Assembly (NCBI RefSeq): GCF_006345805.1
Contig: NW_021832029.1
Location: 1-33,496, forward strand
DNA: 33,496 nucleotides
DNA from: Octopus sinensis
Lineage: Eukaryota
Direction: 5' to 3'
Shown here: one piece after another, positions 1-12,005 of the stretch
Layout: each line of letters starts with the position of its first letter
How positions within the stretch are numbered: position 1 is the first letter of the stretch
The notes under the pieces: generated by a model
Database searches by the model: none
What the model was told of the DNA's origin: nothing
Seen by the model: the letters and a program-made list of their open reading frames with translations, nothing else
Made by a program: the position numbers and the translations under genes

Positions 1-39
1 ATTTGTATACGAATGTAATTGTGAATGTGTTTATATAAG

Positions 40-400
40 CATGAGTGTGTGTGTGTATATGTGTGTGCATGTGTGTGAGACAGAGAGTGAAGAGAATGCG
101 TATATACGCGCACACACACACACAAACACCTGCACACACATACATATACCAAGGCACACACATATATGTATACATATATGTGTGTGTGTGTATGTATATA
201 TATGATTATAAAATCGTATACATATATATTGACTGGATTATATGTACATTCGTATATAAATATGTGTGTATATACCTTTACCTGGCTATCTATTGCTCCG
301 TGTATGCTAACGTATATCTGTGTAAGTGTGAATGCAAGCTTGAGAACGTCTATAAGTGTGTTTGCGCGCGTGTATAGATTAAGCTTGTGTGAGCATGTGT
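40..400. repeat. Compound (TG)/(TA)/(CA) low-complexity microsatellite
   Basis: Interleaved dinucleotide runs; overlapping ORFs are only CV/YI/HT repeats. Confidence 0.9.
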
Positions 401-803
401 TTGTGAGCTTCTGAATATCCTTGTTTGCGCATGCGTATAACTTTATATGTATATGTCAGCGTCACTGCGTTTTGTTATAGAAGTGTTAAAACAACCACAT
501 TTCGGAATATTATATCGTATCTGTGAATTAATATTAAATATATGAATATCATTTTCTGTATCTAATTAATTTTTTTTAATTAAATAAATCATTTAACGAG
601 AATTTTAAATAGGCAATCCATCGGAAATGAATATCAAGAGAACTAGGTATAATGTCATTAAATTGGACTTTTATATTAATTGATTGCATATTTTTGGTCA
701 TCTACATCGTTGGAATGACACTACATAAATTCAACGGATACTCATTGGAATGCGAAACTATAATTGTGTATGTGTGTTTGAATATCTATTTCTATGTGTG
801 TGT

Positions 804-847
<44 letters not shown>

Positions 848-1049
848 TGTGTTTGTGTGTTTGTTTAATACATGTGTGCTTGTATCTATGGGTGTGATTT
901 AGGAGAGAGTTGTCATAATGTGTGAAGAAAATGTTCACGCAATCCGTGTCTCTGAATCTGGCTTTGGTTTCCGCTCTTAGCGATGTCAATTATCATGTTA
1001 ATGTCTTTGGAATAATGCATTAATGTGTTATACAATGTACGTACGCATG

Positions 1050-1089
1050 AATGTATATATGTATGCATGTATATATGTATGTATGTATG

Positions 1090-1124
<35 letters not shown>

Positions 1125-1450
1125 ATATATGTACGTATGTATGTGTATATATATATATATACATAGATAGATAGATTGATAGATAGATATATATTGATAT
1201 ATAGATATATATATACATATACATTCATATATATGCACATGTATATATACATATATATACATAAACACATGTATATTTATACACTCACGTATATATATGT
1301 AATTATGTACGTGCGTATATATAATATATATATATATATAATATATATTACTACATACATATACATACATACATACATACATACATACATACATACATAC
1401 ATACATACATACATACATACATACATACATACATACATACATACATGCAT
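1050..1450. repeat. Compound tetranucleotide microsatellite (TATG)(ATCT)(ATAG)(TACA)n
   Basis: Directly visible; long pure (TACA)n run at about 1352-1446. Confidence 0.95.
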
Positions 1451-1855
1451 GCAGAGAGAGAGAATGAGTGATATTTTACGTCGGAGAAAATGTGGTATAA
1501 CTTAGTGTTCTATGTCGATTTGAATACGGTGTTTATAAAACTGTGTGTATATGAGTGCGTGTGTGTGAGAGAGAGAGACATAGAGGGAGAGAGAGGGGGG
1601 AATGAGAGAGAGTTTCTGTAGATGCATCCAGGAAGGACTCATCCAACACTGCAGCCGATTCTTTTACACAACATTAGCATGTTTCAGTAGTCTGTACCAG
1701 AAAGCAATCTCCTCTCCTCGTGCGTAAACTTCTCTCTTCCAGCTTACTTCCAGCCCCTACCACTGACCCTCAACTTCGACCCTCAGCTTCACATTCTGCT
1801 TAACCCTCAAAATTTGCAAACTCTACTCGCTGCATACCATTTTTTAAATCTTTTT

Positions 1856-2075
1856 TCTTTTACTCGTTTCAATCATTAGATATCGGCAATGCTGGGGCAC
1901 CGCCCTGGAGAAATTTTAGTCGAATAAATCGACCTCTAGTACTTATTTTCTTAAAGCCTCCTACATGTTCTATCGATGGACTTTTGCCGAACCGACAAGT
2001 TACTGGAAGATAAATACACCAACACCAGTAGTCAAGTTTATCAAGCGGTGCTGAGGTACAAACATAGATACAGAC
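1856..2075 (-). mobile_element. 3' half of CORE-type (OR2-like) tRNA-derived SINE
   Basis: Reverse complement aligns with the 3' halves of copies at 11569 and 12728 (GGCGGTGCCCCAGCA tail, CGGTTCGGCAAAAG and TAAGTACTAG motifs). Confidence 0.8.
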
Positions 2076-2107
2076 AGACTAACAAACCATGCACACGCAC
2101 ACGCTTG

Positions 2108-2460
2108 CAAGCACAAAGGAATTATTATTTGTAGAGATATATCCGGATGTAGGTGGTTTATTTAGAATTAGTCAGAGAAATTTCCTAAATGTGTCATATG
2201 AATGTGAATGATATCTTTTTCTCATCGTACAAGTCTTGGCGTGGTATTAAAAGATCAGGGTCAGTTGAGACGAAATATTTCTCTGATGTGACTCGACCTT
2301 GATGGTTGTTGAGGGTGTATGGCACAGAGACCAAGTCTTAGGTACATTTTAAATGCTGACGGAATATTTCCCAAGCCATACAAAATAATATGGCGCTCAC
2401 AGCGGCGATGGAGGACACTGAGTTTCAGCTTCTTGAACCGATAATCACAGTGCAATGGCT
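2108..2460 (-). mobile_element. Degenerate CR1/L2-type LINE ORF2 C-terminal fragment
   Basis: Frameshifted translation DYRFKKLKLSVLHRRCERHIILY...WEIFRQH...FKMYLRLGLCAIHPQQPSRSSHIR...KPPTSGYISTNNNSF parallels the copy at 4095-4500 and the L.KLKLYSLQRRRERY C-terminal motif of CR1-group LINEs. Confidence 0.7.
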
Positions 2461-3009
2461 ACCGTAAGGCTGGTGCGTCACAAAGGAAGTTATATCTTAA
2501 TGCAAAGGGAGACTAATCTGTTTTGTATTTAGATTTTCGTTTATGTTGTCTCGTCTCATTCTCCATCTACGATTCACTCACATACTATCTTTGTGTATCA
2601 ACAAATAGTTCGACTCCGCTCTCTTTCACTCACTCACTCATCTTCGAGTTCAACTTACCCACTCACTCACTCATTTTGTCATTTTCTTCACACATTCACG
2701 ACGTTTATTAAATCACATCAAACCTGTTGAATAATAAATGAAATGTAAATACGCCAAGAAGACACTTTCTTGAATAATGCAAATATTGCAGATAATACAA
2801 GGGGGGGGGAGTAAAGACAAAAAGATAGAAATGTGTGTGGCTATGTGTGTGTATGTGTGTGTGAGGGCTATGTGTGTGTATGTGTATGTGTGTGTGTGAG
2901 GGAAACACAGAGAGAGAGAGAGAGAGAGAATGACGTGGTATTAAGAAAAATAATGATGTGTGGGAGACAGTGAAGGGGGGGGGTTACACAGTTATGTTTC
3001 TGTATGAAA

Positions 3010-3500
3010 GAAAGAGAGAAAGAGAAGAAGATTAAAAGATACAGTGATGAGAGTTGTTAGATAGATAGATAGATAGAAGATAGATAGATAGATAGAAGGA
3101 GAGAGGGGGCAGAGAATGGAGAGGAGAAGTAACGAAAGATATGAAACACGGTGATAGAAGATGTTGGATAGAAAGAGAGAGGAGGAGAGGAGATGAAGAG
3201 GAAGAAAGTAAATAAGTCAAAGAAGTGTTTGAAGAGAGAGGAAGAGTAACAATGTTATTGAGAAAGTAAAATGGCTGGTGAGAACAAATGAAGAAACATT
3301 TGGATAAATGAAGTGAATTTATGAGAATGTTAAAGACTGCTGGAAATAGGGGTGGCGTTAGAGGAAAGAGCAAAGAGGTGAAAGGGGAAGAAAGAGAGAG
3401 AGAAAGAAAGAAGGAAAGAGAGAAAGAGAGAAAGAAGGAAAGAGATTTAAAACAATTGTGAGAAAGAAGAAAAGGAAGAGACGAGGAAAGAAAAGAAATA
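3010..3500. repeat. Purine-rich (GA/GAAA/GATA) low-complexity tract
   Basis: Almost exclusively A/G on the + strand. Confidence 0.85.
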
Positions 3501-3757
3501 GAAAATTCCAGGAGCAACATTTAAGATCAGCTGCAGCAATGAGAACAACGATAAAGAGTACAAGCACAACAACGACGACAACAACAGCAACAGCAACACA
3601 AGAAAACAAAGAAAAACAGCATCGACAACAAGAAGAGCAAGAAATTCCAGAGAATAAGATAAAGAAAAGCCAGTCTCATTAAAACTTACTCTGTCTCCCT
3701 CCATCTCTGCCCTCATGTATATATATATATTATATATATATATATATATTATATATA

Positions 3758-3809
<52 letters not shown>

Positions 3810-3823
3810 TATATATTATTATT

Positions 3824-3922
3824 TAGAAGGGCTTCTACAGGACTAGAACTGTTTAATTCAAGAGAAATCACCTGATGATTCTCTTGAATGAAACAGTTCT
3901 AGTCCTGTAGAAGCTCCTTCTA
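3824..3922. repeat. Fold-back inverted repeat (about 47-bp arms) of a hammerhead-bearing repeat, following a (TA)n tract
   Basis: TAGAAGG-GCTTCTACAGGACTAGAACTGTTTAATTCAAGAGAAATCA versus reverse complement of the right arm TAGAAGGAGCTTCTACAGGACTAGAACTGTTTCATTCAAGAGAATCA; same family as 31398-31460. Confidence 0.9.
3872..3915 (+). ncRNA. Hammerhead-ribozyme-like core (long stem III family), stem I 5' strand lost
   Basis: CTGATGA-TTC TCTT GAA T-GAAACAG ttctagtc CTGT-A-GAAGCT: core intact, 4-bp stem III, GUA cleavage triplet; upstream ATCAC does not pair with GAAGC. Confidence 0.55.
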
Positions 3923-4009
3923 TAATAAATTAATTTTACTCTGCTATGTATTGAGTACCTATTTACTGTGGTTAACCCCGAATCAACTCGGGACCTACAT
4001 ATAATATAT

Positions 4010-4082
<73 letters not shown>

Positions 4083-4094
4083 ATATATATACAT

Positions 4095-4500
4095 AAAACT
4101 TAGATATGTTTCGACCAAAGATTGATCCAGGCCATGTCTAACTTAATACGACCACCTGATAGGATTATCTAAATCCTTTTTAAGTCAAGTTTTGTTTATG
4201 GTCCATTCGAGTAGGGAGTTCTTGCTGAGTGAGTTGTATTCAGGTATGCGGTATTCCTTAAAGAAATATGTCCAGACTCCGTTTAAAGGTGATGGGGTAC
4301 TTTTCCTCAGTTATGGGACAATTGAGGAACAGAAATTGTGTCGCCGTGAACCTCTATGTTGTGATCCTAAATTGGGCAGGGGACATATGGTCAGTGGTCC
4401 CAGCCTTGGATGAACCTTGAAGCTAATGTTCAGGTCGTTTGGGCAATGTAGCGGCGCTGGAGAGAGTAGAGTTTCAAGGCTTAAAGGCGATCCCAGTAAA
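4095..4500 (-). mobile_element. CR1/L2-type LINE 3' end (ORF2 C-terminus plus 3' tail), frameshifted
   Basis: YWDRL*ALKLYSLQRRY / HCPNDLNISFKVHPRLGP...RHNF / EEKYPITFKRSLDIFL / PEYNSLSKNSLLEWTINKT* in alternating frames. Confidence 0.8.
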
Positions 4501-4962
4501 CTAGATCAGTCTTGTGTTTTTCTCCGTCACAACATATGAATGAGAAAGGAAGGGGTGATAGATGAATAAGGAAGGGGTGATGGCAAACCGGAAGTGGGAG
4601 CATTTCAACTCTGTGTGAGTATATGTGTGTGCATGTAAAAGGGAGGTATGTGAATGTGTGTTCGTGTGTGTATGTGTGTGTGCAATGGAAGTGGGATGGT
4701 GAACATTCAACGCCGAAATGGAAAATCAAACAGCGTTTCAACTGTTTGTGTGAGTATATGTGTGTATGAGTGTGCGTGTACAAAGGAAGTATGTGAATGT
4801 TTGTATGTGTGAAGTAGCGCTCTTTCAGTAACAAACTATGATCGATGTCGCATCTCAAAAGACAACCACTAGATAACATCGACAAGTGTATTCATTTGAT
4901 TCACTGTCCATATTTGTACATAAAATACTACAATTAGCCGTAATATTTGACGGCAGGGACCA

Positions 4963-5140
4963 GGAAAACAGCTGACAACTGATGAAGGGTCGTTCTTTTA
5001 TGTTGCCTGTCTTGTTTTCCATTTGTTTCTTTCGTTGTTCGCAAAAAAAGTTCGTATTCCATGCTTTCGTATTTTATGTTGTTTTCGTATTGCATGTTGT
5101 TTACGTTCTGTGGTGTACTGTGCCCATATATGCATGGGTT
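4963..5140 (+). mobile_element. Interspersed repeat with a CTGATGAAGGG half-hammerhead motif, ending at (TA)n
   Basis: Aligns over about 160 bp with 15303-15455 (minus): ACAACTGATGAAGGG...TTTATGTTGC...TGTTTCTTTCGTTGTTCG...TGTACTGT.CCCATATAT. Confidence 0.75.
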
Positions 5141-5185
<45 letters not shown>

Positions 5186-5186
5186 C

Positions 5187-5244
<58 letters not shown>

Positions 5245-5756
5245 GTGCATGTGTGTGTATGTGTGTGTGGTGTGTGTGTGTTCGTGTGTGTATGTACATA
5301 TATGTATATATGTATGCATATATATCTATATATTATGCGTATATATATATTACATACATAAGCATACGGCTGTAAGCTGATGTAAGTACAATATATAAAC
5401 CCATATGTTTGCGTATGTGTGTGTATATGTGTTAGGTGTATGCATAGTTACATTGTTAAGGAGCATATTACTCAGAATATCACACTTGATGCTTTGTGTG
5501 GCTAATCGATCTGCCACCCGCAATCGGTGAAGTCTCTTGCTACGTTCACCCTGAAATGTAGTTCCGTTCTGATCGCTTTTTGATTAGACGTGTCGACCTA
5601 AACTGGAGAAAATGTTCAAGAAAATTTATATAAATCATTGTCTGATGATTGAGTTAAATTGCAAATGGGAGAGAGAACTTCTCAGCAATTAATATTACTT
5701 GATATGACAGTTTGTTCGTTGGTTCTCGATTGTCCCTGGTATAATTTTCGACATCA

Positions 5757-5940
5757 AAGGCGGTGTGCTAGCCGTATCCTTAGTTTGCCAGACAAAACGC
5801 TCGACGTAGTGTGCTGACGCTAAGGTTAACGTTGTCATTCATCTTTTCGGGGTCAAAGTCCCTGTCAAGTACCAGGGCCAATGTTATCGATTAACCCCTA
5901 CCCTTAATTGACTGGATTTGTGCCAAAATTTTAAACAGTT
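5757..5940 (+). mobile_element. Degenerate Meta-domain-type SINE
   Basis: AAGGCGG head, TTCATCTTTTCGGGGTC...AAGTACCAG central domain matching the copy at 6611-6851. Confidence 0.55.
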
Positions 5941-6458
5941 ATTTCCCTTGCTTGTTGATTCGGACAGATCTAATGCAGCGGATTGTCTTTAATGATAAGT
6001 GCAAACGGTAACGTATTTTTTGATCGAGTGTACCGCAAAATACTGCAGGATATACAGCTTATCAAACAAGCAGAACATGTCGTTATGTAATCCAAGGAGG
6101 AGTGAAGCAGTCCTTTGTTTATGTTTAACAGTGCAGTAGGTTAGTCATGTCGTCTATCTCTGAGTATCAATAAGAAACGGGGCGAATAAATGGTGTCTAC
6201 ATTCCTTTGGTTCTAAAGGAATGCAAGTTTTGATTATAATATCCTCTGCATTCAGAGATTCCTGTACTCGACAAAATGAAGCAATGGTGATAGCTCTGTA
6301 TACTGATGTAATGCAAAAGCAATATTGATTGAGTGGAGGGGGCCTGGGTTACTGGATTTGAAGATGTCTATAAATCCATACTCAGTTGTGGGGCATAATG
6401 CTGGGAGACATGTCGTGCACATAAAAAAACATCTAACCTTAATAATTCTTTATAATAT

Positions 6459-6610
6459 AGGCACAAGGCCTGAAATTTTGAGGGAGATGACTAGTCAATT
6501 GCATCGACTGTAGTGTTTCAATGATACCTAATTTAACGACCCCAAAAGGAAGAAAGGAAAGGTCGACCTCAGCGGAATTTGAACTCAGAAAGTAGCGACG
6601 GGTGAAATAC
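6459..6610 (-). mobile_element. Meta-domain-type SINE, 5'-truncated, older copy
   Basis: Reverse complement GGTATTTC...CTGAGTTCAAATTCCGCTGAGGTCGACC...GGGGTCG...TTTCAGGCCTTGTG; tail shared with 26665. Confidence 0.75.
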
Positions 6611-6851
6611 CTATTTCTATTTCTTTACTACCCACAAAGGGCTAAACACAGAAGGGACAAACAAGGACAGACAAACGGATTAAGTCGATTATATGGACCC
6701 CAGTGCGTAACTGGTACTTATTTAATCGACCCCGAAAGGATGAAAGGCAAAGTGGACCTTGGCGGAATTTGAACTCAGAATGTAGCGGCTGACGAAATAC
6801 GGCTACGCATTTCGTCCGGCGTGCTAACGTTTCTTTCAGCTCGCCGCCTTA
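6611..6851 (-). mobile_element. Near full-length tRNA-derived SINE with Meta-like central domain
   Basis: Head AAGGCGGCGAGCTG, B-box-like GAGTTCAAATTCC, central CTTTGCCTTTCATCCTTTCGGGGTCGATTAAATAAGTACCAG, A-rich tail. Confidence 0.85.
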
Positions 6852-7442
6852 CATCTAGCCTTAATAATGAATGCATAGAACTGTTTGTATTTATTATTTT
6901 CAATCGGAAAGTGATGATCGTCAATAAAAAAAAAAAGTCTTAGCAGTCTTGATCGTAATGTCTAAATTATAAACTTGATTAAACCATATCAATCTCCGCT
7001 TCCTTATTCACTTGAGATCCGGAGTAAATGATGGATTCTTCATTATTTGACTAGCTTCTCACTGAAACCACTATATATAGGCCCATTGTTGCGTTTTAAT
7101 TTCTATGAATGTTACAGTCATATTTCTATTCTTATTCTTCTTTCTAATTATTTCAAAATGACAAGACTATTTCGCAAAGGATTTCACGGTTTTATCCACT
7201 TTTACTTAACCGTGTCCTTAAAAAAGTAAATCGATTTTCCCAGGTGCTTTCCGGAGTACGGGACTTCATCACAATGGTCGAAAAATAATCACTTTAGTTG
7301 TGTTACGGAAGCTCATATAAGAGGATTGCTCCTAAAGGAAAGCATTTTGCCCCATTAGCAACAAATTGTAAGGTTGCTCCGATATTCACCGATCCAATAT
7401 AAATGTGTGTGCGTGTGCATGTATGTATATATATATAAATAT

Positions 7443-7486
<44 letters not shown>

Positions 7487-8039
7487 GATATATATATATA
7501 TTCTAAAATGGAGGCGAACACCTTTCTCCATGTGATCGGCTAGAAAAAATGTTATGACACTAGGCTATTTTCCTACTTTCCTTAATATGAAACCAATGGT
7601 AGCCTTAATTCACAAATAAACAAAATATATACATACTTAAATACATACATACATACATATATATATATTCTGGAAGCAGATAAAGCTATAAAAAACAGCA
7701 TGTAAATTTGAAGCTCAAAACCTCTTTGGATAGAAAACTTTGAAGGCTGCCTGTGGGACACGATGTTTCTAAATTCTTATGACGTCGACGACATACAATT
7801 CTTGCAGATAATAATAAAGCATCTAAAAGGAATAGAGAAATCCGAAGGATTACCTTGTTCAAATGGTAGATCGCTTTCATATTTATAGGAGATATGGGTT
7901 CCTATCCCCCATAGGGATTTCTTCAATATTTATATTTTAGTATTTATAACTATACCTGCTTCGAGTTTAACCATTCCAAACAAGAATCATTTCGTATTTC
8001 TGAAGGTTTTGAATTCTTATGACGTGAAACATCTATATA

Positions 8040-8093
8040 CCTACATACATGCATACAACATACATATTCATATACATATATGCTATACATACA

Positions 8094-8126
<33 letters not shown>

Positions 8127-8167
8127 GATATATATATATATATATATAGTATACTATATATATATAT

Positions 8168-8220
<53 letters not shown>

Positions 8221-8231
8221 TATATATATAA
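8040..8231. repeat. (TACA)n/(TA)n microsatellite
   Basis: Directly visible. Confidence 0.95.
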
Positions 8232-8440
8232 AGTTAATCCAAACATGAAAGCACAAAGAGAAACACAACAACGCGAGGACGTGGAACAAGTATAGTGTTA
8301 TTGGACACTCAGGAAAGGAAAGAAAGAAGGAGGATTTAACGTTTCGAGCGGAGCTCTTCGTCAGAAACATAGGAAAAGGAACGATCCAAAGAAGGGAAGA
8401 CGGAGGGGAAAAAATCGCCAACGATACACACGCGGTCACA
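8232..8440 (-). mobile_element. Hammerhead-bearing short interspersed element (probable PLE terminal-repeat derivative)
   Basis: Contains the hammerhead at 8334-8368; decayed homologue on the opposite strand at about 12425-12560 (CTGAG..TC...CCACGT.CT.GCGTTGTTG); 3' end abuts (TA)n. Confidence 0.7.
8334..8368 (-). ncRNA. Minimal type I hammerhead ribozyme with intact core
   Basis: GTTT-CTGACGA-A-GAGC TCC GCTC-GAAAC-GT-T-AAAT: canonical core, 4-bp stem II, ACGT palindrome replacing stem III, GUU triplet, 4-bp stem I (one G.U). Confidence 0.75.
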
Positions 8441-8504
8441 ATATATAAGCCTGTTTATCTGTATGTGTGTATACATCCATGTATAGATAGATAGCTACAT
8501 GAAC

Positions 8505-8620
<116 letters not shown>

Positions 8621-9424
8621 GGTATAACTTCATGGTGTCGAAGCCATGAAGAAAGGAAAATGAGAGGATAAGAGGAAGAAGTACTCAACATATTCAAAAA
8701 CCAGTGTAATCTGTAAATCGCTTATCAAACATGCTTTCAACGGAACTCTGCATCTTTGAGTCACTTACATAGTTTCACATCTGAAGAAGAAACATTTAAG
8801 TGCTCTACTTTCAGTAGTGAACTACTAAATTCTCTGGTCATAAAGAAATTTATATAAAGGCTCAATTTTAAGTATTGATTTCTGTATATATGGATATTAT
8901 CAGCAATGCAACCGAGACAACTTTAGTTCTTAAGTGTGAGGTTGAGAAAGAACTCGTACCTTGAACGAACTGCCTTCCCAAACTAAGTCTTATGTCACCA
9001 TTTTCACTTATACTTAATTGTTTTTGCTTTTTTATGAACAGCTATCAATTTATAACGCTTCTTTCTGAAAGTTTACTTGGTTAGATTGCAGCACAAAACC
9101 AGACACATGACAGAGAAGCAAGTGTCGGAACAGACTACGTCTGTTTGCTTGCTACTATATATTCTAAACTCTCTATGTTTAATTTATATTATATGTTTTA
9201 TTTTCTCCTGTATGTTTAATGGCTATGCCTTCGCTGATGATTAACTTGACTCGCCTTAGGCAAACTACTTTCCTATAGATAATTCTATATCCTGTCAGCC
9301 ACACAGTTTTCCTGTAAATGAAACGAATACATCAACGCATATCACAAACTGAAAGCGGAATTGATACGAGACTAAATCAAACCAAGGAAATAACCGAGGA
9401 AAGTAAAGAAGCTGAGAGTTTAAC

Positions 9425-9465
<41 letters not shown>

Positions 9466-9709
9466 AAAAAGGCAAGCAACAGGTTGCTTAGCCACATACC
9501 TAAAAATTAGAAATAGCAGTCAAAGACCGCTTATTTCTATTTTCTACAACGATAACTCCACATATAACATATACATGTAACTCACATATGTAGAACAGAA
9601 GGAAAATAACGGAAACAAAGTCTTCGGTCATATATATTGGTAAATACGGTAAGATAACAAAAGAAAGAAAGAGACATCGATATTATGTAAATAGAGGAAG
9701 TTATTTGTA

Positions 9710-9828
9710 AATGTAATACCTCGGCATCCGAAACTCAGACTTTTATCTTGGCTACCGAATAATTGTCACATTTACATTACAGTTATAATATATATATATA
9801 TATATATTATATAATAATATATATATAA

Positions 9829-9870
<42 letters not shown>

Positions 9871-9942
9871 CTGTAAATTTAATATGTGACAATATTCGGT
9901 AGCCAAGATAAAAGTCTGAGTTTCGGATGCCGAGGATTACAT

Positions 9943-9943
<1 letters not shown>
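9710..9943. repeat. Inverted repeat (about 78-bp arms) around a (TA)n spacer
   Basis: Left AATGTAATACCTCGGCATCCGAAACTCAGACTTTTATCTTGGCTACCGAATAATTGTCACA...ACAGTTATA; right arm is its near-perfect reverse complement. Confidence 0.9.
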
Positions 9944-9977
<34 letters not shown>

Positions 9978-10455
9978 CTTTTTTAGTTAAGTGGAAGATA
10001 CGTTATCCGCGACTTTTGCAGATGGATAAATGTGATGCGACTGATGTAAAAGTTGAGAATTTTTAGGCCTGCCTTTGTAGGGATGCCATGAATGTGGATA
10101 GCATTCTAAGAGTATTACTGTTTCGGGATGTGTTTGAAACGGGATCTACAGTGTCTAAGCAATAGAAGTGAATCGGAGAAACACTGATGTGTTACGTTGT
10201 ATAAGTTAGCTAGTTGACTGAGGTCGATTTTGTTGAATGAGTAACAGTAGGCCGCTCAATACGTACAAAAGAGAAGACTAAACGACATCGCCATCCACGT
10301 GTAAAACCCTGTTTCTTGAGCCAAATTATAGATTCGGTGATGTAGAACTTCGCAAACAACTAAATTATGTGATATAATTAGTCAGAAATTCAGAATTTCT
10401 CCCAGGAATTAATTGATAAATATCTCTTCAGGACTACATAGAATGCATATATATA

Positions 10456-10498
<43 letters not shown>

Positions 10499-11009
10499 AC
10501 AAAGCAAGAGAGATAACTCCAGTAATATCAAGAGAATTTGGAAATGAAGACAATAAAACTAGAAATTAATCTTGATTTCTTTTATCAGTTTTATTGAAAT
10601 TCATTTTCGCTAACTTTTTTCAAATATTTCTCCAATTTTTCTTTTAGTTTTCTTTCACTTCTCTTCTCTCTTGCATTCTCTTCGTCTCGTTTTTCCCTTC
10701 TTCTTTTATTCTTCACTTGCCCTCTTTAGTTCATACGTTCTATCGCATTCCTCATGTCCTACCACGTGCCTCTCAGATCATCTTATCTCACAGAAATAAA
10801 ATTTTTCTTTCACATTACACCATCTGTCACCCATCCTCTTATATACTCTTCTTTCATGCCCTCACATTCATCTCACCTTCTCTTTTACCTTACATTTTCC
10901 ATCTCACTCACTTGTACGCGTTCTTCACACAGACACCTGATGTTTATACACACCAACATTCCACAGTACCATCAACCTACGACACTGTACTTCGATAGTT
11001 GTACACTTC

Positions 11010-11089
11010 TACATACATACATCCGTACGTACATACATACATACATACATACGTACATACATACATACATACATACATACATACATACA

Positions 11090-11123
<34 letters not shown>

Positions 11124-11167
11124 CATACATACGTACGTACATACATACATACATACATACATACACA

Positions 11168-11197
<30 letters not shown>
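11010..11197. repeat. (TACA)n microsatellite
   Basis: Directly visible. Confidence 0.95.
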
Positions 11198-11198
<1 letters not shown>

Positions 11199-11568
11199 GC
11201 AGCGCTGCTCCTTAAACTAAAAAAAAATAGATGCACTCCAGTATCTGAACACACACACACTCACACAAACACATTCGCTCATTTTTCCACTATTTAACTC
11301 TGCCTTAGAATCGCATTTCCACCCACTTACCTGGATTTTACCCGTTATACTTTCGTGTCAGTCAGTTTTTTTTTCTTTCACGTTCTACCTTCGTTTTTCA
11401 TCTACAGTTTTCTTTTGAGAAAAATTTCAGCATCCGTATCGTTACGATTCCTTTTTAAGCGTTAAACAAATACAATATTTGTCAAACCATTTCCTCCTGT
11501 TATTTTTTGTGATTTTGTTCTTTAGCTACACTATAATAAAGGCATGTATACATACATACTTCTATATA

Positions 11569-11730
11569 GGCGCAGGAGTGGCTGTGTGGTAAGTAGCTTG
11601 CTTACCAACCACACAGTTCAGGGTTCAGTCCCACTGCATGGCACCTTGGGCAAGCGTCTTCTACTATAGCCTCGAGCCGACCAAAGCCTTGTGAGTGGAT
11701 TTGGTAGACGGAAACTGAAAGAAGCCAGTC

Positions 11731-11780
<50 letters not shown>

Positions 11781-12005
11781 GTGTGTGTGTGTTTGTGTTG
11801 TCTGTGTTTGTCTCCCCAACATCGCTTGACACCGATGCTGGTGTGTTTACGTCCCGTTACTTAGCGGTTCGGCGAGTTCGGCAAAGAGACTGATAGGATA
11901 AGTACTAGGCTTACAAAGAATAAGTCCTGGGGGGTCGATTTGCTCGACTAAAAAGGCGGTGCTCCAGCATGGCCGCCATCAAATGACCGAAACAAGTAAA
12001 AGAGA
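11569..12005 (+). mobile_element. Full-length CORE-type (OR2-like) tRNA-derived SINE with internal (TA)/(TG) tract
   Basis: A-box-like TGGCTGTGTGG, B-box-like GGGTTCAGTCCC, MIR/CORE-like CCTTGGGCAAG, tail GGCGGTGCTCCAGCATGGCC...GAAACAAGTAAAAG; further copies in the window. Confidence 0.9.

Noticed and set aside
2390-2470. ATGGCG-initiated MALTAAMEDTEFQLLEPIITVQWL with a GTAAG donor, resembling a first exon
   Set aside because: It is the antisense of a decayed CR1/L2-type LINE fragment.
3458-3682. K/R/T/Q-rich 74-aa ORF
   Set aside because: Derived from GAA/ACA low-complexity sequence; no splice or domain evidence.
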